A DNA stretch of 64,000 bases from Babesia bigemina (taxonomy: Eukaryota): positions 3,038,001 through 3,102,000 of the forward strand of contig NC_027218.1 in assembly GCF_000981445.1 (NCBI RefSeq), read 5' to 3'. A program made the translations under genes and the position numbers. Positions within the stretch are counted from its first letter, which is position 1; the number at the start of each line of letters is the position of its first letter. Below the pieces are notes generated by a model that saw only the letters and a list, made by a program, of their open reading frames with translations, ran no database searches and had not been told where the DNA came from. Shown here piece after piece: positions 1-11,262 of this stretch.

Positions 1-315
1 CCTGAGGCTCATATCGTCCAGACGCAAGGGGACCACTTCGATGGTGTAGCGCACCAGAGTGTCTCCATCTGTGTTGCGTTAGTAATGTGGAAGCACAGAC
101 GGCACGCAACACGGAGTTGTAGACATCGTGCAGACGCAGCGCGGTTACACACCTGGTAGGCATTGCTCGTAATGAGGCTCGAGGCCGAAAGTGGCGACCT
201 TACACCACTCATCGGAAGAAGCGATGCGCCACAGAAACGCCACGACGATCGTGCACAACGCCAACCACGGCAGCGGAGCTGCGCCGCGGCGACGGATGTG
301 CAGCCGTCGCAGCAT
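1..315 (-). CDS. Hypothetical secreted/membrane protein, 5' part; runs off the left edge (exons 315-153, 68-1)
   Basis: ATG at 315 gives MLRRLHIRRRGAAPLPWLALCTIVVAFLWRIASS (basic then hydrophobic leader). A GT..CAG intron at 152-69 keeps the frame open to position 1. Confidence 0.45.
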
Positions 316-576
316 TGTCTAACAGGCTGTGCTCAAGAATGTGTAACAATCTACCACTTCATTGTCGCATTTCGTGTTATGGCGAGGCCGAAGGCCGCTG
401 AACACCCCCAAGAACATCCCGACGATGTCGTTTTGTGCCACACACACCGCGGAAGTGTGTAGGACTGATAGGGTGTTGCGACCTTGAAGATGCCGCCGGC
501 CGGGTTTCTAACGCTACACATTGTATTAAACAAACGCCTGCATGTCTCACATTTCGAGACAATGCCGGAAAGTGTG

Positions 577-2094
577 TCAGCTCGTATTCACCTTCCGGCG
601 ATGTCCGAAGAGCTGGGACTGGTCGGCGGGATCGTAATCTGCCGGATTGTAAAGACACGCATTTCCGCAACTTACCGGCAAATAGTTGCCCGCAGGCCGC
701 GTCGATTGATTGGCCGAAGTGATTACTGCGCGAAAATGCGTGTATGCATTGAATCCACGTACCGAAAAGAATAAGAAATCTTGCTCTTCTTGAGAACACC
801 CTGAGCGTTGTGCAGAAAAACGATATTAAGCGCATCGCACATACCTTAAATTTGTCTATATCAGTTTCTTCAGTACGCTCGTAGACACCGATCGAACGCG
901 CTGCATGAAGGTCAGGGTGTGCTGGCGTCAGCTGTAGGCCGGCGGCGCCAACAACCTACCTGTATTGTACGGGATTAAATTGACGTGGTAGAGGTATTGA
1001 AGTTCTTCCGGTCGTTTCTTAATTAGTTTCACGAGCTCCTCGGCATGAGCCACCGTGTCATTTTCGCCCTTCATGAGCACGTACGACACCCAGACGCGCT
1101 TCCCAGTGAGCCTTATGCGCTCGTCCAGTAGACCGAAGACCTCTTGAAAGGGATACACGTTATTGGCTGGCACTAGTTTGTTGCGCTGGTCAGTGAAGGG
1201 GGAATGCATGGAAAAAGCAAGGTTGACCTGACATGCGTTACATGGCGCAAATTTCACCCACCTTAGGATGGTCACGATTGAGCTTCTTGATTCCAGGCAG
1301 TATGCCCACTGTTGAAATGTTTATTCTCCGGGATGACGTGCCGAACAGCTGGCGGTCACTGAGCACCCTCATGGCACGAAACACATTGGGGTTCGAAAGA
1401 GGTTCGCCCATACCTGAATAAAGGTGATGATGCGAAATACGCCACCAGGTCTATACGAAACACAGTACATCATGCAGACCGACATTATAGCCCCACTAGC
1501 AACACATCCAAGGTTTATAACGAAATTGGCCACGTGAGGGAAAACATTTATGCTGCAGGGAATGTACTCGACAAATTGCCTACCCATGAACGAGATGCTG
1601 TCTATTTCGTGCCCCAGCTGTTGGAAATAGAGCACTTGATCTGTTATCTCGTCCACCGACAGGTTCCGCTTGAGGCCGATCCTTCCTGTGGCGCAAAAGG
1701 AACATGCATAAGCACAGCCGACCTGTACGACCGATTAGACCAGACAATAGCACGCACATACCTGGCTGGAGATGCAAAGCGATTTGTGCGTGGGGAAACT
1801 CAGCAATACAGCCTCCACCTTGCTGCCATCGCGATACTCAAATAAAATCTTGCACGCACGGTCGGATTTGTGGGTACTACACGCCTTCAAAGATAGTAAC
1901 GACCCGTCGAAGTGCTCGTGTAGATTCTCACGAAGCTGGCGTGGGATATGCAGCATGTCTAAGTAGCTCGGCACCTTAGTCTGGTAAACGGAACGCAAAA
2001 TCTGGGAGGCGCGGTACCGCGGCGCGTGGCTGCGCCGCAAAACGTCACAAATGCCGGCATAACGTGCAGAGCGCTCAAGCGCAGAGCAAATCAT
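577..2094 (-). CDS. Cfr-like (Cfr/RlmN family) radical SAM RNA methyltransferase, 8 exons: 2094-1762, 1722-1584, 1413-1262, 1227-960, 900-845, 800-763, 725-676, 638-577
   Basis: Manual splicing at GT..CAG sites yields [19 protein letters not shown] (CxxxCxxC), [41 protein letters not shown] and [12 protein letters not shown], all Cfr/RlmN motifs in the correct order. Confidence 0.92.
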
Positions 2095-3040
2095 GCTTTA
2101 TTGTGCGATCGATTACGCGTAATACGCGCATTATTAAGGCCGTGCCGATTGGTCACTCGTGACCACGGGAATGAGAGAGCTGCAGACACCAAAAGGTACC
2201 ACAGCCCTCCTATACGAGTTAGGACTCTATAAATGACAAGTAAGTGGACACATCGTAGTATAAGCAATGCTGTACCGACCTAGATACACGAAACCCAAGG
2301 ACCCGAAAAGGGGTTCAAAACTGCACTAATGACGCAATAGGCAGAGGTTTTACCAAATGTTATCCTAAACCGCAGTATTTAACCGTGTATTCGCCTGTGA
2401 TCATTACCGTAACGCCGGAATTGCCCTAAAGTGCCGAAGCAATAATTAGGCATACGCAGGGCACAGTGTGTAAGCACAATTCCTGAAACGTGCGATATAC
2501 ACACCAGCTACGCTGCGTTATTCGACGCTACAAGTGGTGATCAAAAGTGATACATTGACGCCGTACACCTTTTGAAACAGCGTGCGCTCCCGCGGGCCAT
2601 CGTGCATTGATGCATCGCGCCCCAATAAGACTTACTGGAACTTCATCCTCGCCACATTCGTGACAAACATAGGAACTGGAGGATATAGCAACGATATTGC
2701 ACAACCCGTCTGTAGCTAAACAGTGTGCGTGCAAGCACGGCCTATGTGTATACGGTAAGTGTGTATAAGCGCGCCGCTAAAATTTTGCTGCGAGTCTCCG
2801 CTGTGCCTTCAAGCATTATTGCGAGTGCATCTGTGTACGAAAATTGGCATTTTCGTTGGTGTAATTGGTTGCGAGCTGCAGTTCCCTATCACAGGCCCCG
2901 GGTCGATGTGGTAGCTGCACTGTAGACGTTCACGTGTAACTTGGTTTGATACAGTATGCTTATGTGAGCCGTTGTATACATGTGCATACCAGTGGGTCGT
3001 CATGCTAATCTTTGTTTAGGTCACAAAACCGTTTGTTAAG

Positions 3041-3917
3041 ATGATGTGGTTCACGACTAGAAAGGACCATCTCGACGATGGCATCCCACCAAGCAGGGCG
3101 CCATCCGTCTCATTCAACTTCATATTCAACAACACTCTTAGAATGGGTTTCGGAATGCAACTTTTGGGCTTTGTGGGCATGAACCTTGTCTACTTCGCCT
3201 ATGGCGGGAAGGGATTGTTCACCTACAACCTCGTCGGCCTACCCGAAGCAAGCAGGCTGGATGAGGGATTCCGTTCACACATCACCACCTTCGCAATGAT
3301 ATACATGTTGGGATCGCTTAGCCTGCTCTGCTTCCAGGTTCTGCTCGCGGACGACACGTGCTGGGCAAGGGGCTATCGCTCGGGCTCCAAGATCTTGAGG
3401 CTTGCAACATTTCTAGACGCGTTCAGCTCTACGATGCAGTTCATATTCTATCTGTACATCTCCAAATTCTACACCCAAAGATGGTTCGCGCATCTCAACG
3501 ATGGCAGCTCGGAACTCGTTTTCTTCGTGTTCACCCGAATCATGCACGCATTTGCCTGCTTCTTGTATGGTCTGGCCTGCTATCTTCTCGAAGTGTATCA
3601 TGACGAGGGCGCTGGTGACCTCCACGCCTACCTCAACGGCGTATGCTTCGTTCTAACCGGGTGTGCTGGTGAGTCGACGTTTGCATAATGCTGACCCCTT
3701 TTCAGAACTCATGGTGCTTGTTTTCCAGAAGGGAATGCTCGCCACACCACTCCTGCTGATCACTCTGGCGGCTGCGACGCTTTGGGCCGTATACTTCGAA
3801 CCGGAGGTCACGTTCGTGTCACCCGCACTGCAGGAAACTGAACTCACGAACGATGTGGAACACCAAGTCGAGAAGTTCACTCGACTTACGCCTAGCAGTC
3901 AAGTGCCGTACTACTAA
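3041..3917 (+). CDS. GAPM3: Glideosome-associated protein with multiple membrane spans 3 (inner membrane complex); exons 3041-3668, 3706-3917
   Basis: N-terminus MWFTTRKDHLDDGIPPSR, motifs RGYRSGSKIL and EVYHDEG, and multiple TM segments. A 37-nt GTGAGT..TTCAG intron joins the two ORFs in frame. Confidence 0.85.
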
Positions 3918-4326
3918 AAAAACATTGACTTCTAAAGTTATCGATGTAACTGTAAAGACCCGATCGTGCATATACAAACGTGGGGACTGAACGGCGGCCA
4001 TCATACATGTCTATGTCACGCGTTCGATGACACTTTCGGAACGTATCGTGCTGTAACGGGCGCGACCGGAGTTACACATAAGTTGTCCTTGGCCATGTAG
4101 GCGCATTTGTCCGTGTTCACTGGAAGAGCCTATCTCCTGGATGGCGTTTCCAAATATGTTTAACTGTCTATTTTTACATTCATTTGCACACTTTATCTTG
4201 TTGTAGAATATGACGTTTTGGATGAAAAACGGCTCGTACGCCCCTCGTAATCAGCGAATGTCTTCACCGAACGGACTCTTCATATGACATCTTCTGCCGT
4301 TAAATTGGCACAGACGCCTCCCGGCG

Positions 4327-4498
4327 TCATCTCCTTCATCAGGTATGGGAGTGCCATGCTCCTCGTTCGGCAGTTGAATTGTTGCGTCTTCACGTCCTAG
4401 ATTAGCTATTCGTGCTTCCGCCTACTTTGTGTCCCCGTCTCCAGTAGCTCGCATGGGTTGGTTATCCCTCTTTCCAAGATGGTGATGATGGCTATGCC
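4327..4498 (-). repeat. 172-bp repeat, copy A (inverted partner of 27177-27348)
   Basis: Reverse complement matches 27177-27348 with 4 substitutions and no gaps by manual alignment. Confidence 0.95.
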
Positions 4499-5938
4499 TT
4501 GCATGTTTCTAGTGTTCTAACTCGGAACTACCATTAATTCTTTATGTTGAATTCACCATCTTATCACATTGGCCTATAATTTCCCGTGTGAACAGGCCAT
4601 CATCAAAGCTTCATCTTTTGAAACCAAATAAATCCTGCGGCCATATACTCCAGAATGTACCTCTCGCCATGCAGTGGAACGTCTGGATTGCTCTTAACAA
4701 AGCGGTTGTGTATCACGTAATTTGGCTGCGCATTCATAGCTCACCTATTGGCTAAGTTTACAGGTGTATTCAACATTCGAAGCGTAAATCAACCGCCGTA
4801 ACAAGGCCATCGGCATCTGTTGGAATACGCGGTTGTGCAGTAGGACTTCTGACACGTTCCCATTAAGTACAACAGTGACCACCGGGCTATTTACAGGTAA
4901 TCTACCGTGATATCATCGGCAAATGACGACAGCAGCACTTGCGTAACCGGCGTCAGACGCGACCTGCCAACAAATGCGCTGACATCCTATTTCGTGGTCG
5001 CGTCTGGAGCAGTGGATCACTTTGCCCTATGAGTTTGCTACTTATATTTAGAAGTGGATAAATGGTTGGCGGTGTGCGCTACCAAAGACAAGTTGAAATG
5101 GTCTGTCCTTGACAACACCGCCCACGGAGGCCTGTGAAGCTATTGGGCGGGTACAGCATGTTCGGTGCTGGACAGTAGAAAGCCATCTCGCCCGTACCAA
5201 CAAGCTTACGCACTCCCAGGCGTGATGTTAATTTTTTATTCCACCTTCCCCAACTAACGCGGGCAACTCACGTCACATAAAACCTAATCTTTTGGCCAAC
5301 TTGACGCTTTCAGTTGTTGTGTAGCTAATTGCGGCAAGTTGTGACGTAATAAGCATGCTCACAGCGGTGTATGAAGCTCCATAAGCGATCATCGGTGGTG
5401 TCTTAGGAGCGCCACCCCAGGTAGGGCAGCGGGCTATCTCTAAAGTGAGTCAATAGCGCATTTTAATCAGTTCGGTGGCTCAAGGATGCAAATTGGCACA
5501 CTTATGTGGCGACGCAATACGTGATACAGGGGTATTTTCCGACGTGGCGGCCACTGGAAGGAGAACACCCTTCAATCTGCTTGTCGCAACCTGTCGTACA
5601 ATGTCAGGTTCTGATGCGCCAATGCATATATGACTGTTGTACCATGTGTGGATCATTTGCAAGCGTCGCCTGAAATTTAAACGCTGCGGTGACATGCGTG
5701 TAGGATGCTGCATGCCAGGTTCATGGTATTAACCAGGCTACGGTCAGGTGGCTGGGTAAACAGCCTATGAGTAGGTGAATTACATACATCGCTGCACCTA
5801 ACACTGTAATGCGAACACCTAAGGTATCAACACTGCTATTGTGTTCCGCCATTAGGACAGCTTTTTTCTTACCGGGTTTTAAAGACGCAAAATTCTTACA
5901 AATATAACAACTGTGTACCTTAATGACTCTCCACAAAA

Positions 5939-7060
5939 ATGGTATACAATTCATTGACGGAAGCTCCTCACAACCTCAAGGAAGGTATTGATTGGTTGAT
6001 TGCCGTGAAGGGGACGGCTGCTAAAAGTAACTTGGCTGCTATGGGTGCTGCAGTTCACAAGTTTCTTGTGGACAAGCCTGTCGGGCACACGGTTGTTCCA
6101 GCGCTAGAAGTTGTTAAACTTAATGTGAAAGATTTCATGGATCAAAATGAGCTAAAGAACATGCCGTACGTAAAGGAGCTACGGAGTCGGTACAGCAGCC
6201 CTGTAAGAAAGTATGGGACACCTTTTTTCATCCACAGAGCAGACGAAAGTATATATAAAAACATCGTGAAAACTAGAAAAATGAGGCCTGACATAATCAC
6301 AAATAAAGTAACTGATGTTGTGTATGGTTGTGAGAAGTTCTTGAACACTATCAAGGTCGATAACAAGTATGAGTCTGCCTACAGTTCTGAAGCTACGTGG
6401 GAAAAATCATGTTCCGAAAAGCCGGAAGACTGCGCAGCGGTCTTCGTGGGTATTGCGCCTATGTTATGCGCAGGTCTGCGTTCTTTGAGAATTGCAAGTG
6501 ACAGCGGTTCCTTGAGCTGTTTGGGTAAGAGCAAGACAAATGTTGGGAATATATTGTCCGCGTTGGGTTACAATGACCCGAAATGCATTTATAATAGTAA
6601 TGCTTCATATGTTTACAACGCGTTGAAAAATCTGAGGCTCCGAATGTTTCTTACACTCTACGACCTCTCTGGCTTCTGGGCATTCTACGGGTCTAATAAA
6701 ATAGAGGCTGTCAGAGAGAAACCCGTAGACCCTGTCATCCCCGAAGCTGAGCCATCCGTTGACGGCGAAGGCGAGCAGTCCGTGATCCCCGAAGCTGAGC
6801 CATCCGTTGACGGTGAAGGTGAGCAGTCCGTGATCCCCGAGGTCGAACCGTCCGTTGACGGTGAAGGTGAGCAGTCCGTGATCCCCGAGGTCGAACCGTC
6901 CGTCGAGCCTGTGCAACCTGAAGTAGATGACGTTGAACAACCTGTTAAGGTTGCAAAAGCTGCCGATGTGGTAAAGTCTGCGAAAAAAGCTGCAAGGAAG
7001 GTTTCCAAGAAGGCCCTCCAGAATGAAGAGAAGCAGCAGCGTGCATTCTCTACGCAGTGA
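5939..7060 (+). CDS. Short VESA-related protein (ves2-like: ves1 N-terminal homology, no TM) with acidic repeat tail
   Basis: MVYNSLTEAPHNLKEGIDWL resembles the ves1b-like start at 55491 (FKKLTDCPENLRESIDWL). It contains CAAVFVGIAPML and YDLSGFWAFY and lacks a C-terminal TM. Confidence 0.75.
   Translation: MVYNSLTEAPHNLKEGIDWLIAVKGTAAKSNLAAMGAAVHKFLVDKPVGHTVVPALEVVKLNVKDFMDQNELKNMPYVKELRSRYSSPVRKYGTPFFIHRADESIYKNIVKTRKMRPDIITNKVTDVVYGCEKFLNTIKVDNKYESAYSSEATWEKSCSEKPEDCAAVFVGIAPMLCAGLRSLRIASDSGSLSCLGKSKTNVGNILSALGYNDPKCIYNSNASYVYNALKNLRLRMFLTLYDLSGFWAFYGSNKIEAVREKPVDPVIPEAEPSVDGEGEQSVIPEAEPSVDGEGEQSVIPEVEPSVDGEGEQSVIPEVEPSVEPVQPEVDDVEQPVKVAKAADVVKSAKKAARKVSKKALQNEEKQQRAFSTQ
6734..6907 (+). 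repeat. 48-bp coding tandem repeat, about 3.6 copies (VIPE[A/V]EPSVDGEGEQS)
   Basis: Units start at 6734, 6782, 6830 and 6878. Confidence 0.95.
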
Positions 7061-7534
7061 GTGGCAATCTAACCACTACTGAACGAAGATTTGCTAACTT
7101 ATCAAACGCAATCACTCCAAAATTGTGTACACTCTTAATGCACAATAGTTCTTTCGTAGAATGATGTTACACACGGTCTTGAATTTCTACATGATATCTT
7201 TCATAGTGCAATTTGCCCCCTGATATTTACCAGGTCCAAACTATTAATCTTAGTATGCCAAACCTTATGGGAGTGCCTGCAGTTTAAGTGTCACATGGTC
7301 AACTATTTTACGCCTACTCGGGTGGATAATGGACCAATGCAGCTTTGGGGAAGAATGGTGGTGTACTAGTTAAGATATGTAGCCCCCCTTAGTGCAAAGC
7401 GTAGTAACTTCGGTACATTATATCACTTAGCGACTCAATATTTTATCGTCGTAGCCGCTACATTACATTATATTGTTCTGCTTAGACGGCAAAGCATGGG
7501 GCACTGTTTGTTGAGGTGGGTTAAGCGGCTGTAA

Positions 7535-7822
7535 ATGTCGTGGGCCGTCCAACTGCCATGCTCTATAATAAGCCAGTCGACGGTAGTCCCAGCGTTGAAG
7601 GCGAAACCCCAGAACACAGAACCCTATCCCCTTTCCCCATGCTACATGGCCAAGTTTCACAAGCGGGTCGATTTGCGCAATTGCCAGCACTTCATGCGCT
7701 CCAAGGCCTCACACCGCATCGATGTCAAGGCCTTACTCACGAAAGGCCGGAAGATGCTTTCACTATACAACGACGTCGACTACTTCGACAAGGACCCCAA
7801 TGGTCAACTTGTTATTCAATAA
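7535..7822 (+). CDS. Possible small hypothetical protein or gene fragment
   Basis: 95-aa ORF whose 3' half has mostly C/G-ending codons like neighbouring genes. No recognisable motif. Confidence 0.25.
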   Translation: MSWAVQLPCSIISQSTVVPALKAKPQNTEPYPLSPCYMAKFHKRVDLRNCQHFMRSKASHRIDVKALLTKGRKMLSLYNDVDYFDKDPNGQLVIQ

Positions 7823-8573
7823 TCATTATTTCATTCATGAAGTCATTTTCCCATTGATAGGTTGTGCTGTAGTAGTGGTTAGTTGTGTTACTGCAGCATC
7901 TACGGCACCATGGTGTGAGAAAAGCGTGACTGCTTCAAGGCACAACTATGCACATGTAGCCCACTTAAGAGATGACTTAATCCGGTAAGCTGAGTTGTGA
8001 GTTACCTGTGAGAGATGTCTACGCCTTCCGACCTAGTCAGTGTAATGGGGCTCTGCGTGGAGGGCGACCAACGTAGGCAGCCGTGATAATCGTTCTAGGT
8101 GAAATTATGCATCGTATGTGATATGAGTGGCTGGTATGGTACTATCACGTACGTCGCTAGGCAATGGATGCCGCTGCGTCTCCTACGTGATGGCCAGTGG
8201 ATGGCGTGGTTCTGTGACATTGATGTGAAAGATGAGAATTAGAAGCGTAATAATCAATGTATCTCACTTAGGCATTCATTAAGTTACACATGTAACACCA
8301 GTTGTAGGCACTGGCAATGTTGTACGGCCTGCGATAGGTGGAGTTGACTGCGCAACTGGTATCGGTTGACCTGCATGCCACGTCGAGCTTACAGTCGACA
8401 TGCGTCAATATGGTTGTACTTCCGTGCTTATAGATGCATAGTTGTGAGGATATTGGCATTGCGCTGGATGGAGATTGCCTGGTTGCTGGTGGAGCGCCGG
8501 TGGGAGACTGTCAGTGTTGGAGGGTGAGGTAAGTGGTACAGGTTTTGCAGGTTGAGGGGACTGGGAGGGGAAG

Positions 8574-9035
8574 ATGGCGGGGAGGTGGGACGATTGTAAG
8601 TGTGAAAATAGATGTATAAAGCCTAATTGTAAGTGCTGTCCATATTGTTGTACTAAATGTCAAGGTTTGTGTCTTCACTGTGCCGAGTTTGTCCAACCGC
8701 GCAGAGGTGGATATCCGTGCCATACTTCGGGATGTGTTGGTTGTAAACCCTACGGTTGTTTATGTGAGTGTTGTCTACGTAAAGAAGCTGAAGCTGCCCG
8801 TCGACAACTTGCCGCCGGTCAACAGCTTCGCTCTGGTTCACTCGGTTCCTCCTCTGCCCGCAGCGCTCAGCTTCAAACCTCCGCTGAAGATCGTAGCACC
8901 AACCCCTCTAATACATCATCCTCACCCGCCCCTTACATCATCGTCCCAGTCGCCCTCGTCATCGTCGTCATCTGCGTCATGATCTACTTCCGCATCCGGC
9001 CGTTCCACAGGGTGCGGTATCTACTGCGCAGCTGA
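8574..9035 (+). CDS. Small 18-Cys, single C-terminal TM protein, copy 1
   Basis: Cys framework shared with 9765 and 19146, S/T/P linker, TM IIVPVALVIVVICVMIYF and basic tail. An in-frame TGA at 8553 fixes the ATG as the start. Confidence 0.8.
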   Translation: MAGRWDDCKCENRCIKPNCKCCPYCCTKCQGLCLHCAEFVQPRRGGYPCHTSGCVGCKPYGCLCECCLRKEAEAARRQLAAGQQLRSGSLGSSSARSAQLQTSAEDRSTNPSNTSSSPAPYIIVPVALVIVVICVMIYFRIRPFHRVRYLLRS

Positions 9036-9764
9036 TCACAATAACCTAACTGGCAACTGACATCTAATGTCTAGACAGAGTAATGATTGCGTTGATGACA
9101 AATCACATGAGCAGTGAGGTGACCAAGCACCTGACCAAGGTGGTGACCTTAACGTCAACCTTAATTTTGTCAATGCGTTGTCACGTTGGTTACTTGTGAG
9201 AGGTGGCTACGTCATCTCACTGTGAAGCCGAGTCATTGGCCACCGAAGTAGGCAGCTGGTAAGTGCTGTGTTACATGAGTCCTTATGTAGTTGCTGTGTC
9301 ACTAGTTGAGATGCCAGCAATAGGATCCACCGGGTTGTGACGTGATGGCCAACGGATGGCGAGGTTGTGACATTGATGGTAATAGTGCAAATGAGAAACA
9401 CGATAACTAAGTAATGTGGTTCACTTAGGCACTCATTATGACAGAAATGTTACAGCAGTCCTAGGCACTGCCAACGTTGGACAGTCTGTGATGCTTGGAG
9501 TTGACTCCTCCGATGGCACAGGTTGACCTGCATGTCACTGCTAGGATCCCGTTCACATGCGTTGAGTAGGTCAAATATCCGTTATTATAGCTACAAGGCC
9601 GTAATGTGGCAGCTATTCGCGGGACGACGGGCGCCTGTCTGATGTTGAAGCTGGTGGGAGCCCAGTTGCGTTGCTCAGTTGCGTGTTGATGAGTGGTTGG
9701 TGAGTGCGTTGCTTAAGTGATTGATATGTTCGCAGGTTGAGGGTACTGGGAGGGAGAGGGGAAG

Positions 9765-10325
9765 ATGGGAGGGAGGATTATAAGGAACGGAGATCCGTGT
9801 GAGAAATGTGGTTACCGATGTCGAAGGGCTGAAGAGTGTAATTGCTGTCCCTGGTGTTGTAAAGAATGTAATAAGGACAGTTATGACATTTGCGAAGTAT
9901 GTTTAGGGCTTGTCTGGATGCGCAAGGGAGGCAAGAAACTTTACGAGTGCGCTACTTTCGATTGTCCAACCAAATGTAAAGGCAACGAGTACAAATGTGG
10001 ATGTAAATGTTGTCTGCAAAAATGTAAAGATCAGCCTGAATTCTGCAAAGCCCCTGTTCTTCCGCCTCCCGTTCCTTCCATCGGTCCTGAGCCTCGGACC
10101 AGTGAACAACCTGGTGCCAGCGGTCACGATAACTCAATCAACAACCCTGGTACAAAAGCCTCCACACCTTCCCCCCCTCCCTACTCCGCCATCGCCGCCG
10201 TCATCGTTGCCATCATCGTCGCCATCATCCTGCTCGACCTGTGCATCTTCCGCTTCCCGGTGTGCCGCAACATCCGCGATTTCCTCGTACGCAAGATACC
10301 CTTCTGCATCGCGTTTTACAGCTAA
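9765..10325 (+). CDS. Small Cys-rich (18+2 Cys), single C-terminal TM protein, copy 2
   Basis: Same Cys spacing, TM AIAAVIVAIIVAIILLDLCIF. Probable 5'UTR intron 9700-9735 (GTGAGT..CGCAG) and in-frame stop at 9738. Confidence 0.85.
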   Translation: MGGRIIRNGDPCEKCGYRCRRAEECNCCPWCCKECNKDSYDICEVCLGLVWMRKGGKKLYECATFDCPTKCKGNEYKCGCKCCLQKCKDQPEFCKAPVLPPPVPSIGPEPRTSEQPGASGHDNSINNPGTKASTPSPPPYSAIAAVIVAIIVAIILLDLCIFRFPVCRNIRDFLVRKIPFCIAFYS

Positions 10326-10456
10326 TCTCAACAATTCATTAGCGCTGAAATTGTTAATCCAAATCCCAGTGATCACCTAACTGGCAACTGACATCTAATG
10401 TTGTAGATAGTAACGATTGCGTTGATGACCAATCACTTGAGCAGTGAGGTGACTAC

Positions 10457-10604
10457 TTCCCCCTCCCCCGCTTCTTACTTCATCGCCGCCGTCGCCCTCA
10501 TCATCGTCGTCATCTGCGTCATGATCGTCTTCCGCATTCGGCCGTTCCACAAGCTCCGCGATTTCTGCGCCCACAAAATGAACGGTTTACATCGCACTCA
10601 TTAA
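10457..10604 (+). pseudogene. Orphan TM/tail fragment of the Cys-rich TM family (copy-1 type)
   Basis: SPASYFIAAVALIIVVICVMIVFRIRPFHKLR aligns with copy-1 SPAPYIIVPVALVIVVICVMIYFRIRPFHRVR. There is no Cys domain or ATG ahead of it. Confidence 0.7.
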
Positions 10605-11262
10605 TAAACTCCGACACTTCGTACTATCGCACTCAGCTCACAGTATTGTAGATCAACCGTACACGGCTTGTCTAATGACGTATTATTAAATACAATATGA
10701 TCGTTTATTTAAGGTGTTCAGCTATATGTTAACAAACTACATTGACACAGCATTGAGTCAGCGGTTGCAGGTTGGATGCAATTGTCCAGTATGAGATGTT
10801 ATACGTATTATACAGAACTATGCGAAACGTTGAGCACACGTTATCAGAACATATAATTCCGCTACGTGCAATATTTATGAACTCCTCATGTCATTCACCT
10901 AACCTACCTAACAACGTAGAACATAATCCGTTGCTTGTGTGGTTAACTAATTAAATTGTTGACATAATGCCTTCGCTACTCGTCTATCTCTACACTGAAT
11001 CATCATTACTAACGCCATCCTCCCACCTTGCTCCGCCTTCTCACTCCAGCATGGCTGCCTTGCCTTGTCGCTTTCCATCCTCAGGTGAGTGGTATGTCTA
11101 TAGGATTCGTGTGATGGTTCATGGATTTTGCATAGATGCTTAGGTGTGTCATTGTCTTAGTATGATGCGTATTAGTGTTATTCAGCGTCTCACTTCATAG
11201 CCCTTTCACTCAGCGCACTTAGTTGTCTGCCATGCTGTGTTAAGCGGCGTCACCTTAGAGGT

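Noticed and set aside
2112..2123. 12-bp palindrome attacgcgtaat upstream of the Cfr-like ATG
   Set aside because: A single short palindrome is expected by chance in 64 kb.
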